A stretch of 64,000 bases of DNA, taken from the human T2T-CHM13v2.0 reference genome, Homo sapiens. A program made the translations under genes and the position numbers. The stretch lies in the NCBI RefSeq assembly GCF_009914755.1, contig NC_060940.1; one strand, given 5' to 3'. Under the pieces are notes generated by a model. That model had not been told where the DNA came from, did no database searches, and saw only the letters and a program-made list of their open reading frames with translations. Shown in pieces: positions 56,651-64,000 of the stretch. Position 1 is the stretch's first letter; each line of letters begins with the position of its first letter.

Positions 56651-57739
56651 CAAATGATAACAGTGCTTCTCACCTGCCCGCTGCTCTGGTCTCACCTCGC
56701 ACCTGCTGCCCTTGCTCTATTTGGAGCCTGACCTTGTTATTACCATGAGGTTTGGCTTCCCCCAGCCCCCTATAGCTGCTAGTGTGGAGTTTGTTGTTTT
56801 AGTAGCTGTTGGTGTTGGTCTCATCTTTCCCGTCTCAGTAAAAGCAGTTTGGACTAAGGCAAGAGAGACTCCTCCCCCTAGTATATGTAACCCCTTAATT
56901 AGGGTTCTTAAAAAGATCAGGTGTTTCTCTCTGTAAGCCTCCAGATCCACAGAGTGGCATTCAGAGTATGAACCCAAACCAAAGCCTCCCGCTGCAGAGA
57001 ACTTAAGCATAAAAGGGGCCCAGGGGTCAGTACTGGGACAGTGACCCTGTTAGGGGGTGGTGGTGCTGCCAGGAAGGGAGACTCAGGGGCTGCCTTTGCA
57101 GTCCAGGGGCCCTCAGTAGGTCACCCTCTCTGGGCCCCATGATCTGGCTAACTTCTAGCCCCTTAGCCAACTAGGAAGTATAACAATCCCATTCTTTCAG
57201 TTTCACCAAACAGCACAGAGCAGGAAGAATGTAGAACAGGAGGCCATTGTCTCCCATATTCCAAGACAAAGGGTCTGGGTTTGAATAGAGAGATCTGAAT
57301 GGGATGGTAAAATATCAGAGCCGTGTGCAATTGTTTTCTTACTTCAAGTTGTTCTGAAAGCTCAAGACCTTTGAGCCAGAGTTGAAAGCCCTGCATCAAC
57401 TTCCATAAACTTCAGGAAGAAGTTTAGAAGACAAGAAGGTGAAGATATCAATGTAGTCATAGACACATACATATATATACAGACAAACACACACTCACAC
57501 ACACACACATATATTCAATGCAGAACTGGGAGATGCATCTAGGGTTAGATTAGGAAGCAACTTCTAATAGGTCACAAATGTTTTTTTCAACATATACTAA
57601 GCACCGTGCTGGTTATTTCACTCACATTATCTCATGGAAACCCCCAGCAGTGTTGAAAGTAGGTGTTCATATTCCCATTTCACGGATGGGGCAACTGACA
57701 TGCATTGTAGTGCCAGGAGGTTGGTCAAGGACACGCTTG

Positions 57740-58030
57740 TGTTGTGCTGACACTGCAAATTACAGATTCGAGAACGAAATCACTCACTTCCTGACAAGAA
57801 AGTCAATGAGCTTGCCACTATACCAACGGAGCAGCTGAATGTCCTGAAGAAGCTGTTGAATATTTGCATATCTTTAAATCTTGCTCTAAATGGTATCATT
57901 TCTTTTAAATAGACTAAGCGGCTATGAATAATTAGCAGTTAATAATTATTATGCCTCATTAACTTAATAAAGGATTATGTCTTGATAGAAAATGCAGAGA
58001 TAATTGGAAAAGAAAGTTAACCCATGCTTC
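57740..58030. promoter_or_regulatory. Repeat-free candidate enhancer
   Basis: ATTTGCAT at 57862-57869 and a dense TAAT/ATTA cluster at 57925-58010. Confidence 0.4.
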
Positions 58031-58439
58031 CTCAGCTTCCGAGGGAAAGAGCTGTCCAGTTGGAGGAGTAGCCCAGAGTCTGGAAGACTCTACTCCCCTG
58101 GGGCCAGTTCCCAAGCTGCTAACCTATGACCAAGTGGGACCTAGAGAGCCGGCTTCGAAAGAGCACAGTCACTCACCAAACAGAAATCCCAGAAAACAAA
58201 ACATAGTGAGCACGGTTAGCAGCAGCTTACCAGGGTCGCACACCTGTGACCCAGAACACAGCGAGCCTGGGAAGGTGGGTAGTGCTGAAATCTCACTCAG
58301 AGAGCTACAATTTACGGAACCGCTACTCTGGAAAGATAAATATAGGTTAGATAGCCCTTTTGGCTGGGGAGAAGAAGGATGGGATAAAATGTTACCGGAG
58401 TACTAATCCAGGGTCACAAGTTCAGGGAGTGCAGATCCA

Positions 58440-59070
58440 CCCCCAGCTCTCCACCCTGGGCCCCCTGTGACCTTTCCTCAGCATGATTGCCACAGCCTCC
58501 TAAATGCTTTTCCTGACCCCAGTCTTGCTTCCCTTCCATCTTAATGGCAGCCAGAGTGAATTTTTCAAAAGAAAAAAATCTGATCCTATTGCTCCCCTGT
58601 GTGAAGCCCTTTCTTAGGTTTCCTACTGCCCTTGGGATGAAGCCCGAAGGGAGGGAACCTCCACTGCTTAATACCCCAGGACTTGTTCTTTCTGCCTTCT
58701 GCTCCCCAAGGGATGCTCCAGTCCACAAACACCCCTGTGCTCTTCCAGATTAATGCACATGCTTCTTCTTCTTCCTGAAGATACCTTCTGCCTCCCCTTC
58801 CTTCATCAGGGTCCTTCCTCCATGGCCACTATGTTCCCAGCATGATGTCACCTTGAAGGGTAAGTAAAGTCCTTTGGGCCAATATAACCACTGAGTTTCT
58901 TCTTAAGAGCTGATACAGCACCAGCTTAGGTGTCTCTTCTGCAAGACACTCAAATCTGAAGGCCAGTGGATGGCACGTTCAGGGTCTCAATGCAGACTGT
59001 ATTTGCCACTGTATACAGAGCATCAAACGTAGAGCCTACCCCTAAACAGAAACCCAGTATATGTCAGCAG
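58440..59070 (+). mobile_element. L2 fragment
   Basis: GCAGCCAGAGTGAATTTTTCAAAA...AAATCTGATC. Confidence 0.65.
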
Positions 59071-59269
59071 TAAGAAACCCAGAAAGATGCCCACTACCTC
59101 ACTGGCCAGCTACATTTCGGGATTTACCCTACCAATTTCTCCCCTACCTGACTCTCTGACAAGGAGGAGCCCAACCCCTCTTCATTTTATGCCAGGTCAG
59201 GAGTTTTAGCAAAGCCTCTTGGAGTGGCGCCACTGAACATGGCGGAAATGGCATGAACATTTTAGGTAT

Positions 59270-59815
59270 ATAAGCACAGAAGCAGAAGACGGTATCACAA
59301 TTACGAGCATGGACACTGAAGTGAGACCCCTGTGTCTGAATTCTACCTCTACCACTTTGCGGCTGGGTGGCTTTGGAGGAGTCATGGACAGTCTGAGATC
59401 CCATTTTCTCCTTAGTGAAATGGGTATAATGGTGACATTGACTTGCTATGGATGTGCAACACATGCGAAGTGCTTAGGGTCAGGTGCATGCTAAACACCA
59501 CACATGTGTTAGCTATTATTGTTAGCATATTAGTGTTTGGCAGAGGCCATGACAAAACTGGGCCCAGTGGCCCAGTGCATCTGCAATTACATCTAATAAC
59601 AGCACCACTTAAATGAGCACATAAAAGCAGACACCAGGCACAGGCAGTGTAGGGGCTGTCTTGCTTATCGTGCAATGAGGAATCTGATACCAAAAGAAAA
59701 AAAAGTCAGCAGCTTCTTCCCAAGCTTAGGTATGTAGAAAGCAGCAGAGCCAGGAGTCAAATCCACACTTGCGTAACCCGCAAAGCCCATGCTCTTAACT
59801 ACATTTTAACTACAT
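59270..59815. mobile_element. Two MIRs in opposite orientation
   Basis: GTGAAATGGGTATAATGG...AAGTGCTTAG; GCAGAGCCAGGAGTCAAATCCA...GCTCTTAACTAC. Confidence 0.65.
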
Positions 59816-60019
59816 TGTCTTCAGCTTCACTTGGGGTTCCCTCTTTGTGTTGATGACTTGAGAGAGATTTCGCTTTCTCCTGATCTCCAAAACACCTGCT
59901 GTCTGCCCTTTGTTGGGTAATTCCCAGCTGCCCAAAGATGGTGCCTCTTTCAGAAGCTTTCCTGGCTTCCTCAGGCTGAGTCGCATGTTCCATTTCTGTG
60001 CTTATCCCTGACATCGTCA

Positions 60020-60352
60020 CGTAAGCCAGGATAGGCTACACTATGCTTAGGAAACAAACAATCCCAAGACTTCAGAGGCTTAAACTATGAGATTTTATCT
60101 CTCTCTCCATTACTTTTTCATTCAGGGTCGCTATCCTCATTCAAGGCCCAGAGAGACACAGCAGCCTCAATCTTGAACACTCCCAGACGTTGTGGTGGAT
60201 GGTAGCATGGCAAGGGTCACTGTAGCAGGGGTTGCAGCAAACACTAGTTCCTCAGACGTAACATGTCCTCTCAGCTCACATTTTATTGTCCAAAGCTAGC
60301 CACATGGCCAAACTGGACCCTGAGGGATCATGGAAGCATAGCCTTCTTGTAT
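60020..60352 (-). mobile_element. Old MLT1 LTR inside L2
   Basis: AGCCAGGATAGGCTA...AAACAAACAATCCCAA...CTCACATTTTATTGTCCAAAGCTAGCCACATGGCC. Confidence 0.65.
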
Positions 60353-60609
60353 AACCCTTTTATTACAACGTCAACTGTCACTGTCCTGGCCTTAAATATC
60401 TGATGAAATATCTAAATAACATGATGAATTGTTGGCCTATCTGTCTTCTGCACTGTGAATTCCTCTGGGCTTTGGTCTTTACTTCAAAATATTTGCCGTG
60501 CATTATACCTGTATCATATAGGTGTCTATCATCTGCACATTGAACAGATGAATAAAGACATGCCTGAATGAAATTCCGACCAGAGCTCTTTCTCCATCCC
60601 CATCCCTCA

Positions 60610-61235
60610 TTTTGCACACAGACAGCTCACGTGCATGACACCCCAGCCACACAGGCCTTCTTCCCTTCCACAAACATGCCAGGCTCATTCTCTCCCACAG
60701 GGTCTTTGCACATGCTGTTCCTTTTCCCCAAAACACTTTCCCTGAAATCCATGTATACCAGAGACGCCTTCCTTAGCTGCCTCATTCAAAAGAGCTCTCC
60801 AGCCACAGTCCTCTCTATCCTCATTTCCTGCCTCATTTTCTCCATAGACACAATCACTACAGTTGAGTCCTCACTTAACATCCGCAATAGATTCTTGGAA
60901 ACTGCAACTTTAAGTGAGATGATGTATGGCAGGTCCTCAAATGATGTCATTTCCTTCAATGTCATTTCGTTATAATGTTAATGAGAAAAAAATGGTTTCA
61001 TTATATATTGTTTTGCTTAAAGTCACAGTTTCCAAGAACCTACCGACGGTGAGTGAGGATTTGCTGTACATTAAACTGTATTGTTGATTTTCTTACTTAT
61101 TCTGTGTTTGTCTTCCTTTGCCCCTCAGTGTTTACCACTGTATCCCTAAAACTGGAAGAGTGTTTGGAATTAGTAGACATTAAACATATACGTGTTGGAT
61201 GAATGAATTAAAACGTGAATGAATAAACATAAATA
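60610..61235 (+). mobile_element. L2a 3' end split by MER6B
   Basis: CACAGGGTCTTTGCACATGCTGTTCC...CACTGTATCCC...GGATGAATGAAT. Confidence 0.75.
60860..61066. mobile_element. MER6B-like Tigger MITE
   Basis: GTCCTCACTTAAC...TTCTTGGAAACTG and CAGTTTCCAAGAA...GTGAGGA inverted arms; TA TSDs. Confidence 0.85.
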
Positions 61236-61329
61236 AACAATGTAGCGCCCCAGCAGGAAGAGTAAACTACCAAAAAATACCCTCTGCTTACTATAGAAAA
61301 TTGTATCTAGAGGAAAATTAGATGTATTA

Positions 61330-61560
61330 TTTCAAACTTCCTTGGATTTTTTTAAGATCATCAACCCATCAAAATCAGCCCCTGATGCCCTTTTAAAATA
61401 TATTATGGCAAGCAAAATCATGGTGAAATAAATGTTTAATCAATGTTTATTATTGCTAGCATATTAGTTTGCAGTCAAATTTATGACCCCATAAATTTGC
61501 CATCTTTATGAGGGACAGGCTGATGTCATGGTACCAAGGTCTTTTGCATAGCAGGGAGTT
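61330..61560. promoter_or_regulatory. Repeat-free candidate enhancer with palindromic HOX/CDX-type sites
   Basis: CAAATTTATG-ACCC-CATAAATTTG at 61476-61499, plus TTTATGAG and TAATCAAT nearby. Confidence 0.4.
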
Positions 61561-61929
61561 CAGTGCATTTCTGCCATCCTCTAGCTCTTCAGGAGGGGGG
61601 CAGTGCTGCATGATGAGAGATGTATGAGAACACACACTCATTCACTCAATGAGCCCTGATTGACAACCTGCTGCATACTAGGCTATGCCAGGCTCCACAG
61701 TGAGCATGCTGGGAGTGAGTGAATGCAGGAATGCATGCACTTGCATATGTACATTCACTCCACAAACATTTACTTTTATCTCTATCGTATGCAAAATAGT
61801 GTGTTTGGTGGTAAATATAACAGAAACAGAAAAAGAAAACTTGGGTCTGGTTCAGACACTGGAATCACATAAGCTTCCCCACTGGAAAGCAATGACAGCA
61901 GTTGGAACCCCATGCCAACCTAAGTACAA

Positions 61930-62300
61930 GTTGACCACTCTTGCTCATATGGAGACTGCTCATCTCCTTGGCTTTCATCTGCTGGTTCCTCACTTCCACA
62001 TTTAATCTCTTAGCAAGTCCTGGTGGACTTGCCTCTAAAATACACCCTGAATCCATCCACTAGTCTCGTCTCTACCTCCCCTGCCATCATCTCTCATCTA
62101 AATATCTGCAACTGTCTCATAATGGTCATCTTGGTTTCTACTTTTATCCACCACCAAATAATGTTTAAAATGGTAAATTAGACCCTGTCACTCCCTTCAT
62201 TAAGCTCTCCAGAAATTTCTTGCTGCTCTCAGAAAAGAATACACTTTCTTTCCACAACCCACAGACTCTTGCCAAGCTCACCAACTTCGTCCGCCTCTCT
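61930..62300 (+). mobile_element. L2 fragment
   Basis: CCACATTTAATCTCTTAGCAAGTCCTG...CTGAATCCATCCAC. Confidence 0.65.
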
Positions 62301-62595
62301 CTGCAGTCCTGGGTTAGGTAACCTCTTCCTCCCCACTAGAAAGCCTGCTTTTGTTTTACTCATTAAGAGGTGCACCAGTGAGAATATTTTAAGCTGCAAA
62401 TAGCAGAAAATATCCTCAAAGAAAGTTGGCTATCTCACATAAAGTTCAGTCTGGTCATAAGGTCATTCTAGAAGCAACAAGAATCCAAGTTTTTCTGCAT
62501 ATATAGTTTTCCAGTCTCAAATATTGCTTTCTTCAGGCTGGCTACCTCAGAGCATAAGATAGCTGCCCTGGTTCCAGGCATCACACTTTTCTCCA

Positions 62596-62943
62596 TGTAT
62601 CTCCATCTAGACATATCCGAGACTGGATAATTTATTTAAAAAAAGAAGTTTAATGATCTCACAGTTCCACGTGTGGCTGGGGGAGCCTCACAATCATGGC
62701 GGAAGGTGAAAGGCACATCTTGTGTGGTGGCAGGCAAAGAGAGAATGAGAATCAAGTGAAAAGGGGAAACTCCTGATAAAACCAGCAGATCTTGTGAGAC
62801 TTATTCACTACCATGAGAATAGAAAGGTGGAAACTGCCCCCATGATTCAATTATCTCCCACTGGATCCCTCCACAGCACGTGGGAATTATGGAAGCCACA
62901 ATTAAAGATGAGATTTGAGTGGGGACAGAGCCAAACCATATTA
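62596..62943 (-). mobile_element. THE1 3' LTR
   Basis: GAGACTGGATAATTTA...CACAGTTCCACGTG...GGGGACAGAGCCAAACCATATTA; outer end partly deleted. Confidence 0.9.
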
Positions 62944-64000
62944 TTTTGCCCACAGCCCCTCCAAAATCTCATGTCCTCACATTTCAAAACCAGTCATGCC
63001 TTCCCAACAGTCCCCCAAAGTCTTAACTCATTTCAGCATTAACTCAAAAGTCCATAATCCAAAGGTCTCACCTGAGACAAGGCAAGTCCCTTCTGCCTAT
63101 GAGCCTGTAAAATCAAAAGCAAGTTAGTTACTTCCTAGATACAACTGGGGAATCTTCCTAGATAAAATTGGCATTGGATAAATAACCTCATTCCAAATTA
63201 CAGAAATTGGTCAAAACGAAGGGGCTAAAGGCCCCATGCAATTCCAAACTCCAGCGAGGCAGTCAAATCTTAAAGCTCCAAAATAATCTCCTTTGACTCC
63301 ATGTCTCACATCCAGGTCATGCTGATGCAAGAGGTGGATTCCCATGGTCATTAGGCAGCTCAGCCCCTGTGGCTTTGCAAGGTACAGCCTCCCTCCTGGC
63401 TGCTTTCATGGGCTGGCATTGAGTGTCTGTGGCTTTTCCAAGCACACAGTGCAAAGTGTTGGTGGATCTACAATTCTGGAGTCTGGAGGATGGTGACCCT
63501 CTTATCACACCTCCACTGGGCAGTGCCCCAGTGGGGACTCTGTGTAGGGGCTTCATCCCCACAGTTCCCTTCTGGACTGCCCTAGCAGAGGTTCTCCATG
63601 AGGGCCCTGACCCTACAGCAAACTTTGCCTGAACATCCAGGCATATGTCTTCTGAAATCTAGGCGGAGCTTCCCAAATCTCAATTCTTGACTTTTGTGCA
63701 CGTGCTGGCTAGACACCACATGGAAGCTGCCAAGGCTAGGAGCTTGCACCCTCTGAAGCCATGGTCTGAGCTGCACCTTGGCCCCTTTCAGCCATGGCCA
63801 GATCAGCTGGGATGCAATGGGCACTGAGTCCCTAGGCTGCACAGAGCAGGGAGACCCTGGGCCCAGCCCGTGAAACCATCTTTTCCTCCTATGACTCCTG
63901 GCCTGTGATGGGAAGGGCTACCGCAAAGGTCTCTGACATGCCCTGGAGACGTTTTCCCCATTGTCTTGAAGATTATAATTTGGCTCCTTATTACTTATGC
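62944..64000 (-). mobile_element. THE1 internal region, cut by the window edge
   Basis: 63011 onward is colinear with position 1 onward. Confidence 0.93.

Noticed and set aside
61241-61260. Further CTCF-like motifs (also near 6843 and 41847)
   Set aside because: Too many core mismatches or a spacing error to support from sequence alone.

Overview
Primate, most likely human, non-coding DNA; the hominoid-age L1PA3-like and AluY insertions support this. I see no protein-coding exon, CpG island, RNA gene or CRISPR-like array. The longer ORFs in the track are translations of repeats (L1 ORF2 remnants, Alu, MaLR internal sequence), and none of the rest looks like a gene. Well over half of the window is a layered transposon record: THE1 proviruses at both ends, an MLT1B provirus, many MaLR/ERVL/ERV1 solo LTRs, L1PA/L1M/HAL1/L2/L3 fragments, about 20 Alus, MIRs and DNA-transposon fossils (MADE1, Tigger, MER5, MER6, MER94, MER102). 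Many have target-site duplications (TSDs) readable directly. Between the repeats are several repeat-free, TAAT/octamer/HOX-motif-rich islands that resemble developmental enhancers. The main signal not explained by repeat annotation is a set of short segments apparently copied from sequence 0.5-2.5 kb away (27.7<-29.8 kb, 39.56<-39.05 kb, 44.83<-46.7 kb, 44.92<-47.2 kb, 46.2<-48.7 kb). They show fold-back junctions or microhomology, and one forms an 84-nt near-perfect hairpin. I cannot show a new functional system: these are best read as fossil template-switch or repair events plus candidate enhancers. Subfamily names come from remembered consensus sequences and identities were estimated by eye.
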